DNA of 64,000 nt from the human T2T-CHM13v2.0 reference genome, Homo sapiens, in NCBI RefSeq assembly GCF_009914755.1, contig NC_060937.1; one strand, 5' to 3'. How positions within the stretch are numbered: the first letter of the stretch is position 1; every line of letters begins with the position of its first letter. Positions 27,019-41,689 of the stretch are shown here, piece after piece. The translations under genes and the position numbers were made by a program. The notes beneath the pieces are model-generated. The model worked only from the letters and a program-made list of their open reading frames with translations. It did not search any database and had not been told where the DNA came from.

Positions 27019-29749
27019 AGAATGTTAGTGCATATGTCTCTTAGTGTTCAAAAATATAATTTATACATAACAAATTTCAAAATTAATTCAATTTGTATAT
27101 TTTAATAATAATGATAGATATAATTTATTTATACATATTTTTGTGTTTTTTTCTCAGACGAATTATTACACTGAGATGACTAGATAATCCAGCTAAAGAG
27201 GAAGCTTGTATTTCAATGACTTCATCAGTTGTGTGGTTAATTTGATTGTACTTTATTGTATAAGGAATTATTACAAAAATTTTTACATGTACAACACAAT
27301 ATTGTTATAACAGATACTCAAATATTTAAAATTTAGTTAAGCTTAACATTATCTCACTATTATCTTTGCCATTTATATTTGCTTGCAATATTGAAATACC
27401 CCAGATTTGTTATTAGATTTTGAAAAGTGAGAGTATGAAAACTGAAATTGTATATTTTATTCAGTAAGAATAAAATGAAATATATATTCATATACAAGTT
27501 AATGAGGTTCTTTATATAAAATCACAGTCCTCACATGAATCATGTGGTGAGCTGTGGCTACTTGAAAAGCTCTAAATTTTTTCTAACCAAACTGTTGCAC
27601 TGCAGACATGTGGTTTTGTAGTTAGCATGAATAAAATTTGAGTTGTTTTGTTTCAAAAGCTAAATTCAATTAAACAATGATTTCTTTTTAAAGTGTGTTA
27701 AATTTGTCATATATTTAAAATGTAAAGTAGAAAATATGGGAATTCTCTAAATAAGTATATGTTGTTAAAAATATATTTGAATGATGATCACCTTACTTTG
27801 GCTTAAGATAATTGTGGGGTAGGGGTTAATTCAAATTTAAAAATATCAAAAGGCATGGTTTATAATATTTAAGACAGTTAATTTTAATAAATAAGGATAA
27901 CTTTTACTTTAAAAGACCACAAAACCTGAAGACTCTTGAGTAAGAAAGGACAACGAATTGAGGTTTTAAAAGTTTACATAGTATATTAAAAGCCACAGAC
28001 AATATATACTTAAATAAAAAACTGAAAATATTTTTAAAGACCAGTGATCACCAGACTCTCGGAATTTGAAAGCTACATCTTTTGTTCAGTTGAGTTCTAA
28101 CCAGGAAATCTTGTTATTATTTTGCTGTTGATGCTTCCTAACAAATAGCATGTGGAAATCATCTAGCAATTTGTTAGGAAATCTTCCTCCTAAGACTATG
28201 CTTTTTAGTTTATCGACTCCAAAGCTATTATGAAAGACATTTTTCCAGTATTAAAATTCCTATGATCGATGCACAATCCATTTTAGAGATGCTTTATTTT
28301 TCCTTCCTGTTTTCCTCCTTACCCTTCTTTTATCTTATTTTCTTCACATTGCCTGAGAGAATAAAATGGTCCTTAACGTTGACTAAGCCCCACATTATGT
28401 AAATGGTAATGCTCTCTTGGGCCCAGAGAATTGTAGAGCTCTTGTTATATTTGCTAGTTCAGGATATTTTAAAATTTGCTTTAGCTTCATTGGATTACAC
28501 CTTAATTTGACATATATGAAATAAAATCTCTCTCTATATATATATATGTGACAAAATTTATTAATAAATATGCTACATTATTTTAATCTTGATTTTTAAA
28601 ATTTTTAATTATACCTAATATTTTAATGATTATGCAAAATTATTTATCTGACAAATGCTTCTGTTTCAATAGTTTTTTAGTGAATTTTGAAAATAATTCA
28701 TTCGTTTCATTTGTAAAATGAGCCAAACAGAATGTTGCATAATAAAATTTGATCTGTTACCATACAATTGAATTAATATACTACTATTAGATGTGTTAGG
28801 TCATAAGTCTAACTTTACAATGTGCTAAGTACTTATAATGCAGTGTGGATTTTGATATCTAATAAGAAAGTATAAAAAATTGATAATTTTACTTTGGACT
28901 TTAAAAATTATAAACACTAAAGATTTAGCATTAATTACCTTTCTTTGATAGTATATATTTTGTCTCAATATCACAAAATTAAGATGGTCTTTAGATTATT
29001 TTCCCCGCTGAACTTTACTTTTATCATACTAACAATTTTATCAAAAAATTTAAAATATTAGTTCAAATTAAAAGCCAAAATTTGAGGGCAAAGGGCTTTC
29101 ATTATTAAGCATATAACAGCACCTCAGTATCTTTCTCAGTGAAGGCTAATAAAATCACTCTACTTACAATCCAACTCTTATAAAAAGTGAATTACAGTAA
29201 TTGTATGTCTAAATAATATACTTAGAAAAAGTACACCTTAACTAATTCTTGTTGCCTTGGAAATATAAAATACTACAGTTCCTTTCCTCTATGTTCCATT
29301 TTTTAAATTTTTTAAACTAATGCTATTATTTTACTGATTCTTTTTCAAATCATTCAGTTTTTTTTTACTTAAAAATATAAAATTGGCCTGTTATATAATA
29401 TTAAATAAAATACTTAGTATTTTTGACACTTTTAATTTATGGTAACCATTCACAACACAAATTGATAAGGACAAGTACATCTTTATTCAAATTAGCTCTC
29501 AAAACTGCTTAGTGAGCAAACAGGCATAGTATTCATCTAGATGCTATAGTAATTAAGTCAGACACCAGAGGCTGGAACAATTTCTTTTAATTTGATATAT
29601 CAAGGACCAAATGGATGAACCATGGTAAAAAAAAAAAAAAAAAAGACATTTCTGGGTTTATAAATTTGAGTTATTTTTTTGACAGGTAAATAAATTCCTG
29701 TGATTAAAATATTTAATAAACTTTAAGCATGTCTCTAATATTTGGCCTG

Positions 29750-30270
29750 GGTCTATTCCTGGTGTCTCCCAGAAATAGACCATTATCTAAGGCCTTGCAC
29801 ACAAATTGTTTATTTTGGAAAATGATCTCAGGGAACTCCAGGAATGGAGGACTAGGAAATGATAGGTAAATGGAAAGAGTCAATACAAGTATGTATCAAC
29901 CTGTTCCACCTGTGTGGGCAACTGGGTCTCAATCCATTTGGGATCTTTTAAGAAGCCATGTAGAATGAAGTTCAAAATAACCCACCTAAAATCCAGAAGA
30001 GGGGAGCATTTTTGAGAGGATTCTTTATCCATAGATTCCTTCTCCCATTGATCAAGAGTTGCCTAATGGGGTAGCAAACCTTTCACAATTTTGAATTTGT
30101 TCGTGCTCAGATTCCCAGTGTTTCTCATGGGTGTCCAACCCTAAGGTGTCAGGGAAGCTCCTGGACAGATGACAGGTCCATCTGAGGCAAAGTGATCTAG
30201 TATTTCAGTGGCTAAATGCCAATTGCCCTAGTAATGTTTGAAGTAAAAGATGACTAAGAAAATATAAGAC
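29750..30270 (-). mobile_element. ERVL LTR (LTR33-like)
   Basis: 'cccagaaatagacc...aaggccttgcacacaaattgtttattttggaaaatgatctcagggaa...tgtgggcaactgggtctcaatcc' resembles antisense LTR33. Confidence 0.65.
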
Positions 30271-30319
30271 ATTTCTTTTGGTTTATAAGTTTCAGAGAAA
30301 TCAGAAGATTCATGTTTAT

Positions 30320-30805
30320 TAGGGAAATCCACCCATTCGTATCTTTGTCACAGGATTCCTCCATCTTTCACACCCAGGTCTCATATTAAGACATATGAGA
30401 CAAGCCAGCACTGTGCATTTTGCACTTTTGTTGTTATTTGCCCTTAAAATTAAATCTTGGGCCAAATTTTCAGAAGGTCCACCACTGCAGATGCAGGAGA
30501 AAGGCGTGTTTCTACATGTTGACATAGGACTACCTCGATTTTCACAGCATTCTTTTAATTGACAATTCACTAGCTTGATGGTCTCATGTTTGTATAGCCT
30601 TGAGACTCTTTAACAAAAGCCAGTCTACTCACGGTACTTTTAATTATCAGCTGCCCCACATGTGTGTTCAGGTGCCACTGCTCCTGTATAAACCAGTGTT
30701 TCAGTTTCCACTTGAACCCCTTTCCAAGCTGCAGCCAGTGTGCATTAGTAGCTATGATGCTACGACATGTGCTTTATTTTCTTCTTGCAACTTAACCCAA
30801 TCTAC
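30320..30805 (-). mobile_element. ERVL internal gag-region relic (HERV16/ERV3-16A3-like)
   Basis: Minus strand 'ttctcctgcatctgcagtggtggaccttctgaaaatttggcccaagatttaattttaaggg' resembles recalled ERVL gag consensus. Adjacent to an ERVL LTR on the same strand. Confidence 0.6.
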
Positions 30806-31704
30806 CAACAGGGAATATAGTAGTACAGTTGACCCTTGAACAACACGGCTTGGAACTGTGCAGGTCTACCTATATGCAGATTTTTTTAACCAAATGCAAT
30901 TCAAAAATAAAATATTCATAGGATGGGAAATCTTCACACAAGGAGGGCTGACGTTTTGTACGTGCAAGTTGCTCAGGACCAACTCTAGGTCTTGAATATG
31001 TGCAGATTTGGGTGTCTTTAGGGTTTAATTACACAGTGAAGTGTTAGCAAATACCTGTGGCTGAAATTGAGAAATATGTGGTACAACATGTAGGTAGTAC
31101 AGTCAACTCACTCCTGAAAAAAGCTGATTGTCATTGCAATGGTCAGAGTGAACACTAAGCTGAAAAAATATAAAGCAGAACACAGAAGATGCCCAATATA
31201 TCATCCATTCTTCTCTACATTCTTCGAGTAAGATGACATTAAGATAAGTATTACAAATTTTTAGGCTCACTTTGGTAACTTTAAAGCGTTTATTCAAAGG
31301 GCAGTTTTCTCAACTTAGTGAATGGCCAAACGCCCTAGATTTTGATACTTTCCAAATTGTGTAACTTTCTAAAGTTATTTCATGGGCCTTAAACTGAGAT
31401 TAATATAAGAAAACTGAAGGATATGTATGCAGGTTACCTACATTACCTGAATATATAAGTAATGTATAAACTGAAGCACTGGTTTATATAGAAGCAGTGG
31501 CACCTGAACGCACATGTGGGGCAGGTGATAATTAAAAGTACCGTGAGTGAACTGGCTTTTGTTAGAGTCTCAAGGCTATACAAACATGAGACAATCAAGC
31601 TAGTGAGTTGTCAATTAAAAGAATGCTGTGAAAATCGAGGTACTCCTATGTCAGTATGTAGAAACACCCTTTTCTCCTGCATCTGCAGAGGTGGATCTTC
31701 TGAA
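30469..31704. repeat. Long inverted repeat: arms 30469-30707 and 31468-31704, spacer 760 bp
   Basis: Manual alignment gives about 16 substitutions plus one 2-bp indel over ~238 bp (~93%). ORFs 30319-30570(-) and 31516-31773(+) share the peptide CQLKECCENRG.PMS.CRNT.FSCIC.GG. Confidence 0.97.
30826..31022 (+). mobile_element. MER8 (Tigger-family MITE), 3'-truncated
   Basis: TA + 'cagttgacccttgaacaacacgg...tatatgcagattttttt' TIR start and 'ggagggctgacgttttgta...cttgaatatgtgcagattt'. Confidence 0.8.
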
Positions 31705-31733
31705 TATATAGGTAATGTAGGTAACCTGCATAC
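31425..31733. repeat. Perfect 24-bp inverted repeat bracketing the inserted arm
   Basis: gtatgcaggttacctacattacct (31425-31448) and aggtaatgtaggtaacctgcatac (31710-31733). Confidence 0.95.
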
Positions 31734-32449
31734 GCAGGTAAAATCAGATAGAATTTTAACTATTGAAGTATAATGTTAACAGAATATCATTTAATCACAA
31801 ATAAAACCAAGAATATTTCCCACAAGGAGAGACCAAATGTTATGTAAAGACCTAAGTAACTTTAACCAGTAGTTAGAGGAAATATTTCATAGAGGAAAGA
31901 GAATTAGAAGTTTTTCAGTAGATAAGAGTTGCAAGGTGCTTTACTAAAAGCATCTCCCTTTATTACTCATAAAAGACCTTTTTCTTGGAAATCATTATCT
32001 CCCATTATACTTATAAAATAAAGATCTGGATGTATTACACAATGACTGGTGTAGGCGAGATTTAGCTTCCCTGTAATATCCATTGGTTCCTCCAAGTGAT
32101 TCAAGGTAGGGCTATTCCAAGATTGATTCATTAAGCAGATCAAAGATATCATCAAGAAGCCAGATAGACTTATTGTCTTCCTCTTTTTATAACTCTACAG
32201 TGTTTTTTCAAAAATGTAATAAGCCTGTTTTAGTTCCAGTTATTTTATTTTTTCTATTAAAAGATTCAACAGAAAAATAATTCAGGTGATTTTTTCCCCA
32301 TAATAAAATTGGAAACAAAACAAAACAAAAAGACACTTTCTCCAAATACCACAGTAGTATATTTCTGGTTACATTTCATTGACTAGAACTGGGTTTCATG
32401 CCAAAATCTAATCAATTACAGAAAAAAGCATGTTTTCACATTCCCTCAA

Positions 32450-33290
32450 TATTAATCTAAAGAATGTGGCATTGGTTTTGGAACAGAGTATTCCATCAAA
32501 GCTGTAAGGCCCTTGAGGAGACCATTAATTAAAACAGGTAGGGCTTTCACTGGAGTATACAGAAAAGTTTAAAGGGCCTTGAGGACATTGTCAGTAGTAG
32601 TGTATTAAAGAAGAATAAGACAAATGTTATTGAAAACTGGTAGTAAGGAGAGTTATGCTATAGTACCAGAATTATTTGTGGTAACACGCAAAATAGAACA
32701 TATACCTTAGAAGTTGATAATCTTGCTAAGGTGATATCTATGCAGAAAGTTGAGCCTACCACCTAAAAGAAGTTTACAAAAAAATGATTAAGGAGAGAGG
32801 TGCACTAAAGAGTGAATTACTCTGCATTTGAGTGAAATTTGGAGGACATGTGAAGGGCTCTATTATGTACCAAAGGAAGAGAACAGAAAACTCAGAAATA
32901 AAGCCACACTCTTGAAGTCTTAAAGCCACACTCTTGAAGTCTTAACATTTTATAATCCCACCCTGGCCTTCATCTTCACATTAAGGTTCTTTCTTACTTT
33001 GAGAACTCTTTGCTGGCTGAAAGGTTATTCTAACCCTGACACACCATTAAATGTTGGGGGCTGGGGGAAAGAGAGATAATTCATCTTTTTAGTTCCCAGG
33101 TCTACTGAATAAGAAGAATGATACAGAAAGAATTGTACCAAAGGAGCTCACGCCCATCTGGATCTTATTTAGAAGATGATTTCTGGACTTCAGGCTGATT
33201 CGTAATATGATGAGATCTTGAAGGATATGGGAGAAGAGATGAATGTATATTGCATGTGAGGGGAATATAAATTATTTTGGCCAGAGATCA
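32450..33290 (+). mobile_element. MaLR internal sequence (MLT1-int)
   Basis: 'ctaaagaatgtggcattggttttggaac', 'atcttgctaaggtgatatctatgcagaaagttga', and 3' end 'gaatgtatattgcatgtgagggg...ttttggccagag'. Confidence 0.7.
32899..32945. repeat. Perfect 22-bp tandem duplication
   Basis: taaagccacactcttgaagtct x2. Confidence 0.95.
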
Positions 33291-33640
33291 TGGAGGAAAA
33301 TCATATTTTCAAAATATGGGTGCAACAATAGGCCCTGGCCCACGTAATGTTTTATAATGAATCTTTACCACTGTGACATTAATAGGGAAGTTTAATTCCC
33401 TTGCACTTGAATTTGGATTGGCCTGTGATCCACTTGTAACCAACAGAATGTGACAGAAATGAGGGTGAGTGTTTTTGAGGCTATGTCATAAAAAGCAATG
33501 GAACGTCCGCCTGGCTTACTAGGACATTAACTTTGGAACCCTGAGCTGTCATTAAAAATGTCTTACTTCACTGAAGCTACTCTGTCTTGAGAAAACCCAG
33601 ATTTGCCCTCACGGAAAGACCACATGAGAATGCACAGAGA
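33291..33640 (+). mobile_element. MLT1H-like LTR (5' part), following MLT1-int
   Basis: 'tattttcaaaatatgggtgcaacaata...cttgaatttggattggcctgtga...aaccaacagaatgtgacagaaatga...tttggaaccctgagctgtca'. Confidence 0.75.
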
Positions 33641-34059
33641 GGTGATTAACAAACTCTCCTAACTTCAGAAAAGTTCTAATCCTTGTAATAAATATTTATT
33701 GTATATCACTTATAGTAATTCTACTTCTTTGATCAAAATCTGACCAATAAAAACCATTATTCATCTTCTCATGAAACCTCAAAAAATTCAGATATGTAAA
33801 TTGAACAATGTCTTCATAATTTAAGGCTGTTTCCATTCATTATTTATTCATTGAAAATAAATACTCCTGATACTCCTGTGTGCCTGGTACTTTTATCTGT
33901 GCTGGAAATAAAGCCCCGGACTTCATAGAGTTTGCAATCTATTTCTGAATGCTGGAAATAATCAAACAAATATATATATAATATAAGCCCAGGCACTGAA
34001 AAGTGCAATAAAGAAGACCAAAACAATAAAGTAGGTTAAGAGAATAGTAAGTTAGGGGC

Positions 34060-34473
<414 letters not shown>

Positions 34474-34921
34474 TTAGGGTACGCAGGGATTAACAGGGAA
34501 ACAAGAGTAACTTGAACATTATAAAGTGAGAATAAAAGCCAGAGATGACAGTAATTGATGCCAGATTCCACCGGGCTATAGATTATGGCAAAGGTTTTGC
34601 ATCTCCTTAAAATCTGACAGAAGTCATTGAGGTGTTTTCTTTATGGTATTGACATGAAACAATACTGTTCCAAACAGGAATTGTTGTCAGGAACCAGAGG
34701 CAAAGGGTAGAAAAGCAAATAGATTATGTAGAACTATTCCAATAATCCAGGAAACTGTGGAAGGTGGTTTAGACCAAAGTAATGGTCAAAAAGTGAGAAG
34801 TGGTCAAAATCTGGATATATTGTTTCATTATAGCATACATATATATGAAGGGTAAGCCAGAAAAGGCTTATCAAGTTTAACTCCAAGGTTTTTGGCCTTG
34901 TGAGAAACAAAGAATGAGTAA

Positions 34922-35525
34922 TTTTTTTAACTTTTATTTTAGGTTCAGTAATACATGTGCTGGTTTGTCATATATGTAAATTACATGTCACAGGGATTTG
35001 GTGTACAGATTATTTTGCCACACAGGTAATAAGTGTAGCACCCAATAGGTAGTTTTCTGATCCTCCCTCTCCTCCCATCCTCCACCCTCCAGGAGGCCCC
35101 AGTTTCTGTTGTTCCCTCTTTGTGTCTATATGTACTCACTATTTAGCTCCCATTTATAAGTGAGAACATGCAGTATTTGATTTTTAATCTTGCATTAGTT
35201 GTCTTAAGATAATGGCCTCCTGCTCCATCCATGTTGCTGCAAAGGACATAATCTTATTTATTTTATGGCTGTGTAGTATGCCATGGTGTATATGTGCCAT
35301 ATTTTCCTCATCCATTCTACCATTGATGGGCAATTAGGCTGATTCCATGTCTGTGCTATTGTGATTAGTGCTGTGGTGGTCATATGCATGCATGTGTCTT
35401 TATGATGAAACAATGTATATTCTTTTGGTTATATACCCAGTAATGTGATTGCTGGGTCAAATGGTAATTCTGTTTAAGATCTTTGAGAAATCTTCAAACT
35501 GCTTGCATAATGGCTGGACTAATTG
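34922..35525 (-). mobile_element. L1PA15/16-like 3' end, 5'-truncated
   Basis: 'aacttttattttaggttcag...tacatgtcacagggatttggtgtacagattatttt'. TSD agaatgagtaa (34911-34921 and 35530-35540). Confidence 0.92.
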
Positions 35526-37710
35526 AAAGAGAATGAGTAAGTTTAGGAAGAGAGGAATTACTGAATGATGTGAAGTGAGATGAGAATATTAATAATGGGG
35601 GAGTTTTCAGGACGATAAATCAAGAGTCCAGTTTTGAATATATTATGCCTGAGATGTCTACTATACTTCCATGGGAAGATATCAAGCAAGCAATTGAATA
35701 TTTATGCTTGGATTTCTGGAATACTTTGGCTTTGGAAATTTTTTAAAACCTGAATTTAAATTTACTGCACTTGTATAGTCTATCTAGGAAATTAAGAATA
35801 GACAGGCAAGAAAAAAAAAAAAAAAAGAGTCTCCAGGACTGAGCTCTGCAGTACTCAAGAACTAGAAATTGAGGAAAGGAAGCACATCGGTCACAGAACC
35901 CTGAAAGCACAGCAAGCAAGAAAATAAGTATTAGGAAATTTTTTCAAACTAGCTGAATAATGTGTTTCAGGTATAAAGGGATTATCAATAGATCAACAGA
36001 AGTAATATCAATAAACATACGAAAATATTTTCAGAAGAGACATCGGCACATAAAATTTTTGAAACAGATTATACTGAAAAAAATTAACCCAATGAATAAA
36101 AGATAATGAAATGGAATAAAGCACCTGATACTAAAATTTGCTATTGATGCAATTATTGGTTAATACAAGGTTGTAGGATAAAACACTAGTAGTGATTGAG
36201 TCAAAGTATAAGACAAGATTTTTGAAAGTGAACAACTGAGATATCTATCAGAAACCAAAGGCATAGTAATTGATATATTTTTAATTTGTCAACATTATAT
36301 TTATCAACTTGTCCAAATTTAATCAACAGCAGAGAAGATAAACTTTAGTGGAATATCTATAGTTTGATATACACTAAAGCCAAATGCTGAGAAGAAAAAC
36401 ATGTAAAATGCCTTTTTTTTAAAAAAAAGAAACTTTTATTCTTTTTGGGAAGAGGTTGAAGAGATGTGCAGAAGAAATTTTAAAGAAAGAAGAAGAGGAA
36501 ATTGATAGTTTGGCATTTTAATTCTCTGTTTTTAATGATCCATTTTAATGATGTCTAGCAAATTTTATTATGGTTTATATTCGTAAGTTATCTCTTCAAA
36601 TAAGTTACACACAATTCAGCACTACTTTACTAATTGGATAGTATTATTGATAAAAAGCGAGAAAAATGTATTTGAAACCGTAGCCATTAACAAAGAGTTG
36701 ATCATATGTGTATTGTTAATATACCTTTTTAAACACTTCAGTATAATTTGTTAAAACATGATTAACATATAATTCACCAATTTATATTCATCAGTTTTAT
36801 ATATATGTCAGTTTTTTAATTCATTAATCTCTTACTTTTAACTTTTTAGTGTTATGTTAATAAATGTGTTGGCAGTGGAAAAATATTAATATTTCTAAAC
36901 TTTTTATTATAGCATACAATTTTGCATTTGTGATAAGGACGTCTATTACAGCTCTCAAAATATTTACTTTTGAATGTCTTGTTCAAACAGAGTAATAGTA
37001 TGCACTGTGTTTGTATATTATACAGGTTAACACATGTTATATTAACTCAAAATCACAGATATATTTTGAGCAGTTGTGTCTAAATCAAAGAGAAATCATA
37101 CTATACTTTACCCATAATGAGGTTTCTATTTTAGTAGCAGTGACTATAAAAGTGACTATTTTTACTTTCTGAAAAAAATGGAAATAACTTAAATATTGGA
37201 ATATTTTATATAGTAAGTAGTTATATAACAAACACGGTAAAATTAGAGAAAAATCATTACTCAGTTACTACTGTAAAAAAGAAATTTGCCTCAATTACTT
37301 TAATTAATTTTTCACATGAGAATTATGGCTAACATGGGATGTTTGGACTATGTAGGTAGCACAGGAGATATAGGTCTTAAAATACGCAGTGCCAGATGCT
37401 AGACTGTAGAAAACTCGTGCAGTAATCAGGTATGCAGAATTGCAAGCAATGTTTTAGCTCTTATCAATGCCTAGATAAAATGAGTGTTCTCACATGTCAG
37501 AAATATGCTTGACAATGCAGTGCATACAAGTTTATATGCATCATACTTTCTTTTTCCCATATGAATTGTGAAGAATTTATCAGAAATCATGTATGGAGGC
37601 CCATAATACAAGCTGTAAACACGTCTGTGTGAGGTAAAAAAAATCAATAAATCCCTCATTATGAGCATATATGACACATCAGATCCTAAAGACTCTGGTG
37701 TTTCTACTCA

Positions 37711-38141
<431 letters not shown>

Positions 38142-38864
38142 TCAAATATTTACCATAATTCTTTACACGTTGCAAAATAATCTAATTACAATTAAGTTAC
38201 TCAACAGACTATTTACTTTATTTGAATTGTTACTTTGTTTCTCTTATTTTCAAATTAATATTTCAAACCAAGATTAAGTTAATGTTGAGACTAATTAATT
38301 GGTCCTGTTCACATTCATATATGATAAAAAGAATCCTAGTGGAAGCCAAACAAAATGTAAAATGAAAGAAATAAGACTGGCAGAAACTTTAATGTCAAAA
38401 ATCATTACATTTGCACAGAAACCTGTGAATTTTTGGCCAAAGTTCAGAAAAAAAAAAACAACTTTTCTAAATGGTCAATAATACTAATAAGAATGAAGAC
38501 CAACCCATTAGAAAAAAAAAAAAAAAAACCATCCCCCTTACTTTTTCCTCAAAAACAATACTACAAATTTCTTGACATATAAAGAAGTGAAGAGTGAGTA
38601 CACAGCCAAAAATGTACAGAAAAAATATATTACAGATTTGTGTTGGTAGTTAATTAGTAAAAATACTGTATTCTTTTATTCTGAATTGGTAACGTTTGTG
38701 CCATGTGCCACTTCACTGAAGCAGTCTGTAATCTGTTGTAGTATGTTTTGTCACTTTAAATGAATCAAACAGAATTTTAATTCATGGATTTATATCATTA
38801 AATCATATGAACTTCAAGGCCTCATGCACGGAAGGGGCCTGACATCATGGAATTAAAGCTCATC

Positions 38865-39845
38865 ATCAGTTCTGGGTCCTCATTTTACTTGATCTCTCAG
38901 CAGCATTTGCTCTGCTGATGACACATTTCTCCTGGATATACTCTCTCCATTTGGCTTTGAGGCACAATACTCTCATGGTTTTCTTCCAACCATAGTCATA
39001 ATACTTTTATTTCTGTATTTAGACCCAATTCTTAGAGATTTTGTCCAGTCCTAGGACTGGATCAATATCATCAAAATGCCGCACAGTTGTTATTTTGGAA
39101 TACCCAAAATTTCATTACCAGCCAGACCTCTCCATGATCTCCAGGCTTCTATACACCACTTCCTACTCTACATTTCTATGTGGGCACCTACTCGACATCA
39201 CAAACATAACATATCTGAAACTGAATTCCTGATCTTTTCACCAAAACCCACTCCTTTTACAGACATCCAGTCTCAGGTAATGGCACCTCCTCACTTGTTC
39301 TTCCTGCCCTTGTCTTTGCATCATCTGTGATTTTTTGCAGTCTCTCTAAAATGTCAGGCATACTTCTTCCTCAAAATAATGGAATTTGCACTGCCTGTGC
39401 TTGGAATATTCTTCCTCCAAATATAGACGTGAATTAAAGCCTTATGATTAAAATCTTTGCTCATTCAAATGCTACCTTCTCAATGGAGTCTACCTTACCT
39501 ATTTAAAATCGAACCTTCTATGTCAACAGTACTTAAACCTTTCTCATGACTTATTTTTTCTACCTAACAAGCAAATTATAGATTATATTTATGTATTTTG
39601 TTATGGTACTTTTTGTGCATATAAATAAATATGTATATATTTAGAAGTAATGAATATATCTACATATATCTCATCCATATCTATATACACACACATAACA
39701 TGTGTGTTTCTCTTCTCATTAGAAGAAAGTCAAAATTTTTGCTTTGATTGTTGTGTTAATTACTGACTTCCCTGTAGAGTAATTCCTTATACCTTGTACA
39801 CATGACTCCCTAAATAAGTAAGTTTTGAACTGATGTTGAATGCAT
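38865..39845 (+). mobile_element. L2a fragments
   Basis: 'gtcctcattttacttgatctctcagcagcatttg', 'ccagacctctcc', 'aacatatctgaaactgaattcctgatctt', 'caaatgctaccttctcaatggag'. Confidence 0.8.
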
Positions 39846-40768
39846 TTAAAATATTCTTCATATATTTATTTCCCTAAAGTTTGATTTTTTCATTATACAT
39901 CCTTATTCTAAAGATATGTCACTTAACGTTCAAAAGATTTCAAAAAAAGGAGCCACTTAACACATCTATAATGAATGAATCATTGTAAATAATGTATTCC
40001 AATTATTCACATGGCGTGATGTTGATAAATTCTCTAAAATTATGCCTACACAATTTCTTTTTAATAAAACTAAATAGCAGCAGTAGAAATATTTTTCAAT
40101 CATATAATAACATGCACCATACAATTTCTCTTTGTATGCCACATATTAACAAATTTATGACCGTATCATCTGCAGCAAGATAATTACAACTCTGGGGTGC
40201 TCAGTATGTAACTAAGAAGAGTTTCTTGTTATCCCTGAATGAAAGACCATCTAAGAGATTGCGTAACTAGGGCTGATGCAGTATTACAGATCCAACTCAG
40301 ACTTATTTCAATGATTGTCATAGAATACAGTTACTGGAACACAAGAGAAAATTTATAATAGATTTTTTCCTTATATTATATACTTATAAAATAGTTATTA
40401 AGTACACTTACCATTATATCCCTGCTTACTTTAACATCTCAAATAATATACCCATCTCTCTAGGCAAGATATTCTCAAGGACAAGTGTATTTGATTTGTT
40501 TTAGTTCATGAATTAATTTCTCCATTTGAAAATTATTCTAATGTTTTATTCCAAAATGTTATTTCCTAATAGTCACCTTTAAAATCATTATTTAATTAAC
40601 AAAAATTTTCTTAATACTTCCTTCCAGAAACTATTTTTTATTCATCTAAATTTTCAGGTTACTTTTCATTAATGTCTTATTTTTATCTTCTTTTTTTAGC
40701 AGAAATGTAATATAAATTTTTGTTTTGAAGGCATACTTTATGGAAAAATGCCAAAAAAGAAGGAAACA

Positions 40769-41473
<705 letters not shown>

Positions 41474-41689
41474 CTATTACAGATTTTTTTCAATAACATA
41501 CATTATCTCTGCTTGTAGTTTGTCCAGTTTTGTAATGAAGTTTATCATATACTAATAAAATTAATCAATTTTCTTTTTTTTTCTATTTCCAGAACTACTT
41601 ACATAAAACAGGGCATATTCATACTTCAGAATCTTGTTAAACACATCCATTATATTGCCTGGGCTCAAATATTTTTGAACATTATTCTG

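Noticed and set aside
27138-27240. Strong-looking splice acceptor (ttttgtgtttttttctcag ending 27157)
   Set aside because: No convincing downstream donor or partner exon. T-tracts ending in AG are common in this AT-rich context.
31094-31109. 'tagtacagtcaactc' resembling the MER8 start at 30821
   Set aside because: Too short and mismatched to call a second TIR or a duplication.
31425-31733. Pack-MULE or MITE interpretation of 24-bp TIRs around captured DNA
   Set aside because: No TSD outside the inverted repeats, and the duplication lies inside them. This fits insertion into a hairpin better, though it is not fully excluded without a genome search.
30319-31773. Two Cys-rich ORFs (83 and 85 aa) sharing CQLKECCENRG.PMS.CRNT.FSCIC, resembling paralogous small proteins
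   Set aside because: The similarity is fully explained by the DNA inverted duplication of a decayed ERVL relic. Both starts are non-ATG and the ORFs diverge outside the duplicated arm.
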